Shown: positions 18,377-28,708 of the stretch, in pieces
How the letters are laid out: each line of letters opens with the position of its first letter
How positions within the stretch are numbered: the first letter of the stretch is position 1
NCBI GenBank assembly: GCA_963674965.2
Contig: CAXXFL010000005.1
Location: 765,150-829,149 of the forward strand
Length of the DNA stretch: 64,000 nt
Source of the DNA: a bacterium
GTDB lineage: Bacteria; RBG-13-61-14; DATKZS01
Reading direction: 5' to 3'
Translations under genes and position numbers: made by a program
Notes under the pieces: generated by a model
Seen by the model: the letters and a program-made list of their open reading frames with translations, nothing else
What the model was told of the DNA's origin: nothing
Database searches by the model: none

Positions 18377-19752
18377 TTGGACCCGCCGGTAAGATTGGCG
18401 ATGAACGACCTCTTTTTCCCCAGGAAGAACCTTTCCACCTGGGGCAGGGTCTCGAGGAAGGTGAACACTATGCAGGAATCGTCCGGCTTAAGCTGGAAGT
18501 TGCCGTCGGGGATGATGACCTCGCCCTTCCTGACCACGCTGCCGATGATGGCGCCTTTGGGAAAGCCTATCTTCATGAGGGGAGCGCGGACTATTTTCGA
18601 CTCGGGCTGGGCTATCATCTCGATGACCTCGGCCTTGCCCTCGGCGATGACGGCGATGGTGGCCACGGCCCCGCTCCGGATATAAGTAAGGATTTTCTGG
18701 GCCACGAGCAGGCGGGGACTGATGGCCGCGTCGACCCCCAGCCGCTGGTAAATGGACACGTAGTCCGACTTCTTGACCAGGGCGATGGTCTTCTTGGCCC
18801 CCAACGACTTGGCTAGCTGGCAGCTTATAAGGTTTTTCTCGTCCTCGCCCGAGGCCGCTATGAAAACGTCGGCGTGGTCGGCCCCCACCTCCTTGAGCAG
18901 GTTGACGTCGGTGCCGTCCCCGTGGAACACGACCACCTCGTCGAGTTCCTCGGAGAGGTACTCCGCCCTCTCCCTGTCCTCCTCGATGAGCTTGGTCCGA
19001 ATCTCGGAGTACTCGATCGAGCGGGCCACGGAAAGCCCCAGGTCGCCGCCGCCCACGATCACCACCAGCCGGGGCCCTTCCTTTTTGCGGCCGCCGAACT
19101 TGTCCAGGCTGTCCATGGCGTCGGCGTGGCCGATGATGAGAAGCTCGTCGTCCTTTTGTATCTCCGTCTCGCCGTTGGGGATCATGATCTCGTTGGACCT
19201 GATCACGGCCGCCACCAGGGTCTGGCGGGGCATCCTGACCTTGGCCAGCTTGTTGCCCGCCCAGGGCGACTTCTCCGTGACCTGGACCTGCCTCATCTGT
19301 ATCTGGCCGCCGGCGAAGTTCTCGACCGCCACCGCCTGCCTGGCCCGGACCAACTCGGCTATTTCCTGGGAGCAAAGCTCGATGGGCACGAGGATGGTGT
19401 CGATCCCGAGGGAGGTGGTGTAGAAATGGCGGTGGAAGCGAAGGTGCTCGGCCCTTTTGAACCTGACGATGGTCCGCTTGGCGCCCTGGACCTTGGCGAA
19501 GAAGGCCGCCAGCATGTTGACCTCGTCGCTGTTGGTCACGGCCAGCACGATGTCGGCGCCCCAGGCCCCGGCTCGCTCGAGCACCCCGGCCGAGGCCCCG
19601 TGGCCGTAAACCACCTGCACGTCAAAGGCGTCCTCGATATAGTCCAGGCGAGGACGGTTGTCGTCCACCATGACGATCTGGTGGTTCTCCTGGCTGAACA
19701 CGCGGGCAAGATGCAGCCCGACCTCGCCCGCCCCGATGATCAATATCTTCAT
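18373..19752 (-). CDS. trkA: Trk system potassium uptake protein TrkA (two RCK/NAD-binding repeats)
   Basis: 'MKILIIGAGEVG' and a second 'VVIVGGGDLG' Rossmann motif, each followed by a TrkA_C-like region. Confidence 0.92.
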   Translation of the reverse strand: MKILIIGAGEVGLHLARVFSQENHQIVMVDDNRPRLDYIEDAFDVQVVYGHGASAGVLERAGAWGADIVLAVTNSDEVNMLAAFFAKVQGAKRTIVRFKRAEHLRFHRHFYTTSLGIDTILVPIELCSQEIAELVRARQAVAVENFAGGQIQMRQVQVTEKSPWAGNKLAKVRMPRQTLVAAVIRSNEIMIPNGETEIQKDDELLIIGHADAMDSLDKFGGRKKEGPRLVVIVGGGDLGLSVARSIEYSEIRTKLIEEDRERAEYLSEELDEVVVFHGDGTDVNLLKEVGADHADVFIAASGEDEKNLISCQLAKSLGAKKTIALVKKSDYVSIYQRLGVDAAISPRLLVAQKILTYIRSGAVATIAVIAEGKAEVIEMIAQPESKIVRAPLMKIGFPKGAIIGSVVRKGEVIIPDGNFQLKPDDSCIVFTFLETLPQVERFFLGKKRSFIANLTGGSK

Positions 19753-19980
19753 GCTTCCTTCCGTATGGGTTATTATAATAGCCTTTGGCCCGGTCGCAAA
19801 AGAAAAATATGACTCGGCGCGAGCGGGCGGGACGGGCCGGAAACTCAGGTCCTCCGCTTGAAGGTATTTGGCGCCTTCCCGCTTCTTTTTTATCGATTCC
19901 GCGAGCGGCTATATCATTGATACGCGACAAGTGATATTTTATAAAGGCGCAAACGCGCGATTTTTTGCCGGTACCGGAAG

Positions 19981-21516
19981 TTGAATTTTAACAGGCTATT
20001 CAAGAACTCATTTTTCAATATTCTCGCCTTTATGGTGGGGATGGCCGCCAGCTTTCTCTTGTATCCTTTTTTGGTGGAGCGTCTTGGAGAATCCCGTTAC
20101 GGGGTCTGGGCGCTTTTAAGTTCGGCCACCGGCTACCTGGGAGTTTTCGACGCCGGTTTCGCCGCTTCCATCACCAAGTACGTGGCCCAGTACAAGGGAC
20201 AGGACGACGTCCCGAGACTTCGCTCCGTTATCTGGGCCGGGACCAGGCTTTATTTCCTCATTTCAATTCCGGCTGCCCTGGCGGCGGCGGTTTTTTATTT
20301 TATTTTTCCCATGATCTTTTCATTCGAGCCGGAACTCATGGAAGAGGCCCTTCCCGTTTTAGCCGTGGTCAGCGTTGACGTAGTCCTGTCCTTATGGTTC
20401 ACCTCGGCCAAGGCGGCGCTAAACGGGCTGCAGAGATTCGACGTCACCTCGGGCCTGCATCCGCTCGCCACCCTGGCGCGCGCGGGAATCGTGGTGCTCC
20501 TGGTCCTTAACGGCCACGGGTTGTTGGGCCTGGGCGTAACCCTGCTGGCCGTAAACAGATGTTACGACCTTTTAATGCTGTATTTTCTGCGCCGCGAATT
20601 GAAAATTCTTACCCCCGGCGCCTCATCCGGAAAAATCGACAAAGTCGGCTTCGGGCTAATCGTGTCCTACAGCGCCTACGCCATCGTCTCCAATATCGCC
20701 AGCCGCCTCTTTTATTACACCGACAACTTTGTAATCGGCCTTATGCTGACTTCCGCTCATATTACGCATTTCGTGTTGGCCTTCACCCTGATCAATATTA
20801 TAAGGAACCTTACCGACCAGTTGATGCGCGTCATGATGCCCGCGGTCAGCGAGATATCCACTCTTGGCGAGGAAGAAGCCGGCGAAAAGCTCCGGAAGAT
20901 GTTCACCTCCGGCTCGAGGTTCGCGGGCGCCTTTTCCCTGCCTCTTCTCATGATTCTTCTAGTGACGGGAAACTCCTTTATCCGGGCCTGGATGGGACCG
21001 GGGTTTGAGGACTCATACTGGTGCCTGGTGGTCATGGCCGTTCCCCAAATTTGGATACTTAGCCAAAACGTGGGCATCAAGATAATTTTCGGCCTGGGCG
21101 AGCATAAAAATTACAGTCTTTATTCTTTAGCCGTCGCCATTTTAAATCTGGCGATTTCCCTGGCACTTGCTCCATACCTGGGCATCTTAGGGGTCGCCTT
21201 CGGCACCGCGGCCCCCATTTTTATTGGAAGGCTTTACATGGACGCCTATTTCGAGCGAATATTGAAAATCCATATGCCCTCTTATTATTGGCAAACGTGG
21301 CGCCGGCTCGGTCCGTTGGGTATAATATTCGGGTGCCTGCTTTACGTCCAGTTTATTTACCTCGATCCGAGGGGCCTTATCTGGCATCTGGCCATCTATG
21401 GCGTCAACTTTGCCGCTTTCGAGGCGGCGGCCTTTTTCCTCGTCCTCGAGCCGGGCGAAAAGAGGCTGTTTATCGGAGTATACCGCGCTTTGGAAAAGAG
21501 GATTAAAAATGCATGA
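19981..21516 (+). CDS. Oligosaccharide/polysaccharide flippase (MOP/Wzx family)
   Basis: 511 aa with about 12-14 TM segments. N-terminus 'LYPFLVERLGESRYGVWALL' is typical of Wzx-like proteins. Apparent TTG start. Confidence 0.75.
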   Translation: MNFNRLFKNSFFNILAFMVGMAASFLLYPFLVERLGESRYGVWALLSSATGYLGVFDAGFAASITKYVAQYKGQDDVPRLRSVIWAGTRLYFLISIPAALAAAVFYFIFPMIFSFEPELMEEALPVLAVVSVDVVLSLWFTSAKAALNGLQRFDVTSGLHPLATLARAGIVVLLVLNGHGLLGLGVTLLAVNRCYDLLMLYFLRRELKILTPGASSGKIDKVGFGLIVSYSAYAIVSNIASRLFYYTDNFVIGLMLTSAHITHFVLAFTLINIIRNLTDQLMRVMMPAVSEISTLGEEEAGEKLRKMFTSGSRFAGAFSLPLLMILLVTGNSFIRAWMGPGFEDSYWCLVVMAVPQIWILSQNVGIKIIFGLGEHKNYSLYSLAVAILNLAISLALAPYLGILGVAFGTAAPIFIGRLYMDAYFERILKIHMPSYYWQTWRRLGPLGIIFGCLLYVQFIYLDPRGLIWHLAIYGVNFAAFEAAAFFLVLEPGEKRLFIGVYRALEKRIKNA

Positions 21517-22183
21517 CTCGGCAAACGCCGGCTTCACGCCTTCCACGGACACGGCCATAATCGCCTGCGCCGGCCGGGGCTCGCGTCTAGGGCACAGCAT
21601 TCCCAAGTCGTGCGTCGAAGTCGGCGGCAAGACCCTTATTCAATGGCAGCTCGAGGCCCTCTCGAGCATGAGGCAGGTCGTGGCCGTGGTGGGTTACAGG
21701 CACAACTTCGTAATCGATGAAATACTGACGCATACGCGCAGAATAACCCTGGTGGTCAACAAGGAATGGGCCGACACCAACACCGCTTACTCTCTTTCGC
21801 TCGCTTGCGATCTTTTCGAGCCGGAAAAGCGCGTGCTGACCATCGATGGGGACACGCTTTTCAGCGCCCGGGCCGTTGAAAGCATGCTCCGTTACGACAA
21901 GGCCGCGGGTTGGACCGCTCCCATGAGCGACGAGGGAGTGTTTATCGAGACGGATAAAAACGATCGGGTCACTGGATTTACGAGGGAGAAAAACACGGGC
22001 ATGGAATGGACCGGCATGGCCATCATGCCCGCGGGCGCGTATCGGGACAGGCCCAACTGCTTCGTGTATCAGGTGATCGAGAAGCGTCTTCCCGTCCAGG
22101 CCGTTTCCATTGACCTGGTCGAGATTGACACGCCCGACGATCTCGATCGGGCAAGGCAATGGATCAAAGGGGCCATGGAATAA
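21509..22183 (+). CDS. Sugar/alcohol-phosphate nucleotidyltransferase (NTP_transferase/MobA-like fold)
   Basis: 'AIIACAGRGSRLG...PKSCVEVGGKTLI' signature. ATG at 21509 overlaps the flippase stop. Confidence 0.7.
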   Translation: MHDSANAGFTPSTDTAIIACAGRGSRLGHSIPKSCVEVGGKTLIQWQLEALSSMRQVVAVVGYRHNFVIDEILTHTRRITLVVNKEWADTNTAYSLSLACDLFEPEKRVLTIDGDTLFSARAVESMLRYDKAAGWTAPMSDEGVFIETDKNDRVTGFTREKNTGMEWTGMAIMPAGAYRDRPNCFVYQVIEKRLPVQAVSIDLVEIDTPDDLDRARQWIKGAME

Positions 22184-22219
22184 CCGCTTAAACGTCCCTG
22201 ACGTACAACCCCGGCGCTT

Positions 22220-23023
22220 ATGGACACGGCAATGCTGGAATATAATAAAATAGAGGAATATTGGGATAAAAACGCCGCCAATTTCGCGGAAAAAGCGGGC
22301 ATGCCCGACAACTTCAGCGGCCCAATGGGGGCCCTTTACAGAACAAGGCGGGAATGGAGGCATTTCCTGAAAATCGTAAGCCCGCGTCCCGACTGGGTCG
22401 TGCTCGACATGGGCTGCGGCGCGGGCCGCTGGGATTTCCCTCTCGCGTCCATGGTCAAGTTCATACGCGCCGTCGACCTCAGCGCCAACATGATCGGCCT
22501 GGCGGAAAAAGAAAAAGAAAAGAGGGGAATTTCCAATATCGAGTTCGTCAAGTCCTCGATCATGGATTTCGACCCGCCTGAAAAATACGACTTGATTTAT
22601 TTGAGCGGCATGCTTAATTTCCTCGAGGATGAGGACGTGGAAAAAGCCTTTGCCAGGATTATACCGGCCTTGAAAACAGGCGGCCAGTTACTCAGCCGCG
22701 ATGGGATCAGACCGGCCGGCCGGAAAGTCAGGGGGGGCGATTATCCCGTTATTCACCGCCCGCTTGAGGAATATACCGCCTTCTTTGAAAAAGAAGGTTT
22801 TTGCCTTAAATACGACGCGGACAGCTATGTCCGGCCGCGAGCCGACGAGCGCTTTAACAAAACTTTTTCCCGAGAGTGGCAGCTTGCCCATCCCCGGATC
22901 GGGTCCGCCGTCTTCGAGGCCCTCGAGTATCTAGCCCAAGCGCTGGTTAAAACCGGTTTTCTTGCCCCTTTGCCTCCAAGCGAATACAGGCACATGTTCC
23001 TGCTTTTCGAAAGAGTTGAATGA
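22220..23023 (+). CDS. Class I SAM-dependent methyltransferase
   Basis: Motif I 'VLDMGCGAGRW' and a post-I acidic residue 'AVDLS'. Confidence 0.8.
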   Translation: MDTAMLEYNKIEEYWDKNAANFAEKAGMPDNFSGPMGALYRTRREWRHFLKIVSPRPDWVVLDMGCGAGRWDFPLASMVKFIRAVDLSANMIGLAEKEKEKRGISNIEFVKSSIMDFDPPEKYDLIYLSGMLNFLEDEDVEKAFARIIPALKTGGQLLSRDGIRPAGRKVRGGDYPVIHRPLEEYTAFFEKEGFCLKYDADSYVRPRADERFNKTFSREWQLAHPRIGSAVFEALEYLAQALVKTGFLAPLPPSEYRHMFLLFERVE

Positions 23024-24235
23024 ATGACGCGCGGGTTCGTCAACTTAGCCCTTCACTACTCCAGGCTGGCTCCCTATTATCCCCGTTTCTTCGCCTCCTT
23101 TCTACTTTATCTTTCGGCTTTAATTAACAAGCGTCCCGTCATGATCGTATACGTCCCCTACGCCGGGCACTATACCTACGTCGGACCAATATTGGATGAA
23201 GCCGCCAAAGGTCCTCGACCTCTCGTGCTATTCGCCGCGAGATTCAACGATCCCACAAGACCCCAGGAGGCCATAGCAAAAAAAGGATTCTCTTCCCTGA
23301 CGATATTCCATTATCCTCTTGTAAGACTGATACCCAGATGCGACGTATTTATAACTCCCACGCAATTCATTCATTATTGGCCACGTAAGACCCGGCATAT
23401 TGTTTGTATCTTTCATGGACTTCCCAGCAAGGGCAACACTTTCAAGGCCGACTCGATGAAGCTTTTCACCGACCTTTTTTTCGTCGGGCCCAGTCATCGG
23501 AAGATGTATGAGGAAAAATACCTAAGCCAAAATCCCAACTCCCGAATCAATACCCACGACGTTGGATATCCCAGGCTGGACGCTTTGCTTTCCGGGAGGT
23601 TAGACCCTTCGGACTTCCGAATAAAATATAACGTTCCCGACGACAAGCCGGTGGTGGTGTACGCTCCATCCTTCGAGGAAGGGACCTCACTAAGAGAAAA
23701 CGGCGTGGCCATCATAGAAAAGCTACTCGAACTGCCGGCCACGATTTTGGTCAAGCCCCACCCCATGTTGTATGGAGAACTGGCCAGCATGCAATTTACG
23801 GGGGGTATAGACTGGTTCAAGGAAATAGAATCCATCGGCAAGACGGAAAACTTCCGCCACGTGACCGATCTGGATTTAACCCCTTGCCTGGCGGTGGCCG
23901 ACGTAATGGTAACCGACGTGAGCGGAGCCGCCCTGGAGTTCATGATGGCGACCAAGCCGGTCGTCTTTTTCGATTGCCCGCGGTTTTATTTCGAGTATCT
24001 GCCCAGGTTCTGGGGTATAGATGGAAATGAGGCATTGAAAGATATAACCACCAACGCGGGGAGGGACTACGGGGTCGTCGTAAAGAATTTCGAGGAAATG
24101 AACGAGGCGGTTCTAATGGCCATAAAAGGACGGTCAACCTCCGTTTTGCCCCGTCCGGAGGAATTGGTTTACAACCCCGGCCGCGGCGGCCAACGGGCCT
24201 GGCGCATCCTGGCGGATTTTATGGGTCTTACATGA
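23024..24235 (+). CDS. CDP-glycerol glycerophosphotransferase-like (TagB/TagF family) enzyme
   Basis: 'VVVYAPSFEEG', 'LVKPHPM', 'VMVTDVSGAALEFMMATKPVVFFD' resemble the TagF C-terminal catalytic region. Confidence 0.6.
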   Translation: MTRGFVNLALHYSRLAPYYPRFFASFLLYLSALINKRPVMIVYVPYAGHYTYVGPILDEAAKGPRPLVLFAARFNDPTRPQEAIAKKGFSSLTIFHYPLVRLIPRCDVFITPTQFIHYWPRKTRHIVCIFHGLPSKGNTFKADSMKLFTDLFFVGPSHRKMYEEKYLSQNPNSRINTHDVGYPRLDALLSGRLDPSDFRIKYNVPDDKPVVVYAPSFEEGTSLRENGVAIIEKLLELPATILVKPHPMLYGELASMQFTGGIDWFKEIESIGKTENFRHVTDLDLTPCLAVADVMVTDVSGAALEFMMATKPVVFFDCPRFYFEYLPRFWGIDGNEALKDITTNAGRDYGVVVKNFEEMNEAVLMAIKGRSTSVLPRPEELVYNPGRGGQRAWRILADFMGLT

Positions 24236-24293
24236 AAAAGGTTATTAACCTCGGCGAGCCGGCGCTCCGCCATCCGAAGGAAAAGGACGTCCG

Positions 24294-25556
24294 ATGAGAG
24301 TGGCGGTAATTGTAAACTCTTTTCCCTCCATTTCCGAGACATTCATATTCTATCAGGTAATCGGAGCGGTGGCGGCCGGAAACGAAATCGATATTTTTGC
24401 CAGATCGCCCGTAAAAGTCTCCCTCGAGCACCCTTTAGTCGAGAAGTGCGGACTATTGGATAAAATTGAGTACTTCGACTTAAGGCCAAGGAATAAAATA
24501 GCGCGAGCGGTCAAAGCGGTCCCCCTTGTCCTGCAAACGGCCCGGAGGTCGCCTGGACCGGCGCTGCGTTCTCTGAACCCCATCGCTTTCGGTATTTCCT
24601 CCGTCAACCTCGAACTTCCCTACGCGGCGGCGGCCTTTTGCGGCAAGGGAAGCTATGACGTCATTCACGCGCATTACGGTCATAATGGATTGCTCGCCGT
24701 TATGCTAAACCGCGCCAAAGCCGTATCGGCGCCCGTAATCACGGAGTTTTTAGGATACGACCTCAGCAGGGAGCTCATCGAGAAGGGAGACGACGTTTAT
24801 AAAGCCCTGTTTCAGGATGGGGCCCTTTTCATGACCGTGTGTCAATATTTCGCCGACCGCCTTAAAAGGATTGGGTGCCCACCGCAAAAGATCGTCGTCC
24901 ACCGAAGCGGTATCGACTTATCAAGGTTCGAGTTTCGTCCGAGAAAGCCCAAAGAAGGCCGATCTGTAAAATTCTTCAGCGTATGCCGGCTGGTGGAAAA
25001 AAAGGGAGTCGAGTTCATGATCAGGGCGGTGGCCGCGGCCGCCGCCAAGCGTCCCGACCTCGAGATATCTTACGACGTCGTGGGCCACGGGGAGCTTCAT
25101 CGGCAACTTGACGATTTGATTGGAGGACTGGGAGCGCGCCGCCAGGTCCGCCTCCTGGGACCAAAGCCCCTCGACGAGGTGGCCCGACTCGAGGCCGACT
25201 CTCACGTTTTCATGCAGGCCAGCGTCCGGGCGTCCTCCGGGGACGAGGAGGGCATTCCCAACTCGATCATGGAGGCCATGGCCTCGGGCATGCCCGTGAT
25301 CGCCACCAGACATTCGGGCATACCCGAGCTGGTCGAGGACGGAGTTACAGGGATACTGGTCCCCGAGAGGGACGTGGACGCCCTGGAAAGAGCGATCCTG
25401 GAAATAGTCGACAATCCCCAAAGATGGCCGCAAATGGGAAAAAAAGGAAGAGAAAAAGTCATGGCCGAACACGACTCGGCAAAACTAAATGAACGACTTC
25501 TTGAAATATACAAATCAACGGCCGAAAACTATAAAGCCGCCCAAAAACCGAGATAG
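24294..25556 (+). CDS. Glycosyltransferase family 4 (GT-B)
   Basis: 'EGIPNSIMEAMASGMPVIATRHSGIPELVEDGVTGILV' E-x7-E region. Confidence 0.85.
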   Translation: MRVAVIVNSFPSISETFIFYQVIGAVAAGNEIDIFARSPVKVSLEHPLVEKCGLLDKIEYFDLRPRNKIARAVKAVPLVLQTARRSPGPALRSLNPIAFGISSVNLELPYAAAAFCGKGSYDVIHAHYGHNGLLAVMLNRAKAVSAPVITEFLGYDLSRELIEKGDDVYKALFQDGALFMTVCQYFADRLKRIGCPPQKIVVHRSGIDLSRFEFRPRKPKEGRSVKFFSVCRLVEKKGVEFMIRAVAAAAAKRPDLEISYDVVGHGELHRQLDDLIGGLGARRQVRLLGPKPLDEVARLEADSHVFMQASVRASSGDEEGIPNSIMEAMASGMPVIATRHSGIPELVEDGVTGILVPERDVDALERAILEIVDNPQRWPQMGKKGREKVMAEHDSAKLNERLLEIYKSTAENYKAAQKPR

Positions 25557-25775
25557 ATGGACTTTTCCCGCTTGCATCCTTTTTTGGTTGCCCGGCATCA
25601 TAAAGGGGTAAGCTCGAATAAAAACCCGGCCACGCCCGACTTTGAAGGCGCGATGAGGGTGTGCTAATTTAATTGTGAGAGGAGCGCGGCCAGAATCCGA
25701 CCTCGAAGCTCGCCGGCGGAGGCCGGAGGGAAGATTTCGAGGCGGACTTGTGAGCGCGCTTTAACCGGACGAGAG

Positions 25776-27365
25776 ATGTCGGAACAAACCTATAATTCCA
25801 TGGGGGGCTCGGGCTCGGGCAAGAGCATAGACTTACGTCACCGTGAGGCTTCCCTTTTGGAGTTGGCCAAGGCTTTGCGCGCCATTTCGATATATCCGCC
25901 ACGTCATCCTCAGCGGGCGAATATAGTGGGCCAGGCCTACGGCAACGTCCAGGTCGCGCTCCAGATGCTCGGCGACATGGCCTTTGGCGTGACTCGGGGG
26001 TACTTTACCCACGGCGAGCACAAGCTGGGAGAATCCCAGCAGATGATCCGGGAGCTGGCCCACGAGATACACCTTCGCCAGATACGGAGCTTCTCTTTGC
26101 GCGCCGACCTTTCGCTCGACGACTTTACCGTCTTTCTCGAGCTGCTTCTCCAGGACCCGGAGGAGTTCAGAAAGGGAAAATATATCGAGAGATGGCTCGG
26201 GGCCAGGGGGGTCAGGACCCTTTGGGTCAACGAGATCGACTTCTCCAAGATGGTAACCGCGGCCGGCGAGGCCGAGGACGGCGAGGAGGAAATGGACGAC
26301 TCTTGCGCCCCCGCCGACTCTCACGCCCTCGAGGCCCTCGAGCTTCTCGACGCGGAGAACGACCCGGAAAAGGTGGGCCAGCTTCTGCGCGAGATCGAGG
26401 TCCTGGCGCGGCCGCTGATCGACGCGGGCGAGTACCAGCCGGCCTGGTATATTACGGCCCACGTCTCCTTCCACGCCACCGAGGAAAGAAGGCCGGGGGA
26501 AAAGGGCGAACAGATAAGGGCAATGGCCCTCCGGACCGTCAAGGCCCTGGCGCGGGAAAAATTTCTCACCGATCTTCTGAGAAGATACGCCGACCCGGGC
26601 GAGCAGCAAAAGCCCCCCCTCCGCCGGGCTCTCAGGCAGGTGGAGAGGCCGGCCCTCGAGGCGGCGGCCGACCTTTTAGCGGATCGGGAGGCCATGACGG
26701 CCTACAAGCCCCTCATGGACTTCATGATCGAGCTGGGCCCGGCCGCGAGACCCGTGATCGAGAGCCAGCTTAAGGAGGACGACCCGGTACGACTGCGCAA
26801 GATGCTTTTCATTTTGGGCGAGATCAAGGACAGGAAGTCGGTCGAGGCCATCAAGCCCTGTCTTTACTCGGAGGATAAAAAGGCCCGGCGCGAGGCCATT
26901 CGGGCCTTGTCGAAAATACGGGGCATGGAGGCCAGCCGGGCCCTGGTGGGAGCCCTGCAAAAGGAAAAAGAGATCGACTCCAGGACCTTTATCGTGCAGT
27001 CCCTTGGCGAGAGCAAGGACCTGGCCGCCGTGCCGGTACTTATCAACTCCCTGCGCAAGACCCCCCTCAGGGAAGACACCCTTCCCTTGATGGAGGAGGT
27101 CATCAAGGCCCTGGGCGCCATCGGCTCGAGGGAGGCGGTCCCTCATTTGATCAAGGTCCTTAACCGGTGGACCCTTTTCGGCAAGGAACTCAACCAGGCG
27201 CTTCGAATCAGGGCGGCCGAGGCCCTGGGGGCCCTGGGCGGCGAGTCGGCCATGCAGGCGCTGGCCCGCTACGCTGGAAAGGACGACGACCCCTTCAGGA
27301 AAAAATGCACCGAGGTCCTGGAAACCCTTCTTCAAGTCGACGGAAATCCGACGGGCGGTTTTTAG
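25776..27365 (+). CDS. HEAT-repeat protein whose N-terminal module is shared with the downstream HD-GYP protein
   Basis: C-terminal half has repeated 'R..A..ALG.I....A...L...L' HEAT/PBS-lyase-type units. The N-terminal ~140 aa aligns with the 27377 gene. Confidence 0.7.
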   Translation: MSEQTYNSMGGSGSGKSIDLRHREASLLELAKALRAISIYPPRHPQRANIVGQAYGNVQVALQMLGDMAFGVTRGYFTHGEHKLGESQQMIRELAHEIHLRQIRSFSLRADLSLDDFTVFLELLLQDPEEFRKGKYIERWLGARGVRTLWVNEIDFSKMVTAAGEAEDGEEEMDDSCAPADSHALEALELLDAENDPEKVGQLLREIEVLARPLIDAGEYQPAWYITAHVSFHATEERRPGEKGEQIRAMALRTVKALAREKFLTDLLRRYADPGEQQKPPLRRALRQVERPALEAAADLLADREAMTAYKPLMDFMIELGPAARPVIESQLKEDDPVRLRKMLFILGEIKDRKSVEAIKPCLYSEDKKARREAIRALSKIRGMEASRALVGALQKEKEIDSRTFIVQSLGESKDLAAVPVLINSLRKTPLREDTLPLMEEVIKALGAIGSREAVPHLIKVLNRWTLFGKELNQALRIRAAEALGALGGESAMQALARYAGKDDDPFRKKCTEVLETLLQVDGNPTGGF

Positions 27366-27376
27366 GAGACAAGGGC

Positions 27377-28708
27377 ATGAACGAAATCCCCAAGGAATCA
27401 CTCGAGGCCGTCCTGATATCGCTCTTGTCGGCGGTCAAGAGCATGCAGTTCTACCCCCGGGAACATCCCTCCGTGCAAAAGCCGCTGCGCAAAAGCTACG
27501 ACCTTTTGGCCGAGCTTTTGCGCCTCAATCCCATGATGACCCTGGGAATAGTCGACGAGGTGCTAGTGTTCGAGGGCGTGCCCTTTTACGACAAGGGGCA
27601 GTCCATACAGGAAATCCAGCGGCGCTTCGAGGAAAGGCAGATAAACGCCCTCGAGCTTCACGACGGTCTTTCCCTCGAGGAGTTCACCGCCTTTATTGGG
27701 CTTCTCAACGACGACCCGGAGGAAGTGAAAACGCTTGGCGGCCTGAGCAAGGGCCTTAACGAGAGGGGCATCGAGCACATCAAGGCCAAGGACGCCGTCG
27801 AGGTGTATCATAACGCCATCGACGCGGTGGGCGAGGTGCTTCAGGAGGCCAGGATGGGCCGCATTCCCAAGGCGGGAAGAGCGAGGAACGCGGTGGCCGA
27901 CCTTAAAAGACTGGTGCTCTCGGACAACCCGACCCTCCTGGCCCTGACCCTTATCAAAAGCTACGACAACTATCTGTTCAATCACTCGGTCAACGTCAGC
28001 GTGCTGGCCCTGTCCCTCGCCCACGGCATGGGCGTGCCCGACCTGGACGTGAGCGACGTCGGCCTGGCCGGGCTTTTGCACGACATAGGGAAAACCCTTA
28101 CCCCCAAGTCCATCATCCTCAAGCCCGGCAAACTCAACGACGACGAATGGCGGGTCATGCGCATGCACCCGGTCAAGAGCGCCGAGATAGTCGAGCAGAT
28201 GGAGGGCATAAGCCCGCTCGTGGCCCGCATGGTCAGGGAGCACCACGTGTCCTTCGACCGGCGCGGGTATCCCCAGCTCGAGCCCGGCGAGAACCCCCAT
28301 CATTACTCGAAGATCATCACCGTGGCCGACTGCTACGACGCCATCACCACCCTCAGACCCTACCAGAAGCCTTTCCACCCCCGGGAGGCCATGAAAATAA
28401 TGGAAAGGCTCTCGGGCACAGTCATCGATCCCAAGTACTATGAGGAGTTCGTCAAGATACTGGGCATCTTTCCCATCGGCTCACTCGTCAGGCTCGATAC
28501 CAACGAGATCGCCGTGGTGCTCGAGACCTTCGCCGAGGCCCCCCTCGCCCCCAAGATCAGGATCATGTTCGATCCCGACGGCAGGCCGCTGCCCACCAAG
28601 ATCGACGTGGACCTGTCATGCCCCGAGTCCTATCCGGGAGACCCCAAGTTCATCGTCAGCACCGTGGACCCGCTCCTTTACAACGTGGACACGGAAAGCA
28701 TCGCCTAA
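27377..28708 (+). CDS. HD-GYP domain protein (probable c-di-GMP phosphodiesterase)
   Basis: AGGAGA RBS before the ATG at 27377. 'HSVNVSVLAL', 'LLHDIGK', 'HHVSFDRRGYPQ' (HD...GYP). Confidence 0.85.
   Translation: MNEIPKESLEAVLISLLSAVKSMQFYPREHPSVQKPLRKSYDLLAELLRLNPMMTLGIVDEVLVFEGVPFYDKGQSIQEIQRRFEERQINALELHDGLSLEEFTAFIGLLNDDPEEVKTLGGLSKGLNERGIEHIKAKDAVEVYHNAIDAVGEVLQEARMGRIPKAGRARNAVADLKRLVLSDNPTLLALTLIKSYDNYLFNHSVNVSVLALSLAHGMGVPDLDVSDVGLAGLLHDIGKTLTPKSIILKPGKLNDDEWRVMRMHPVKSAEIVEQMEGISPLVARMVREHHVSFDRRGYPQLEPGENPHHYSKIITVADCYDAITTLRPYQKPFHPREAMKIMERLSGTVIDPKYYEEFVKILGIFPIGSLVRLDTNEIAVVLETFAEAPLAPKIRIMFDPDGRPLPTKIDVDLSCPESYPGDPKFIVSTVDPLLYNVDTESIA

Noticed and set aside
18488-19812. ORFs 18488..19375 (-, 295 aa) and 18874..19812 (+, 312 aa)
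   Set aside because: They are an alternate frame and the antisense strand of trkA. The extreme Arg/Gly/Pro content is a GC-frame artefact.
19753-19980. Possible c-di-AMP (ydaO-type) or other riboswitch in the trkA leader
   Set aside because: I read the minus-strand leader and could not find the conserved ACGGGGA / CCCA / CAGCUAACC elements. An Rfam scan would be needed to exclude other classes.
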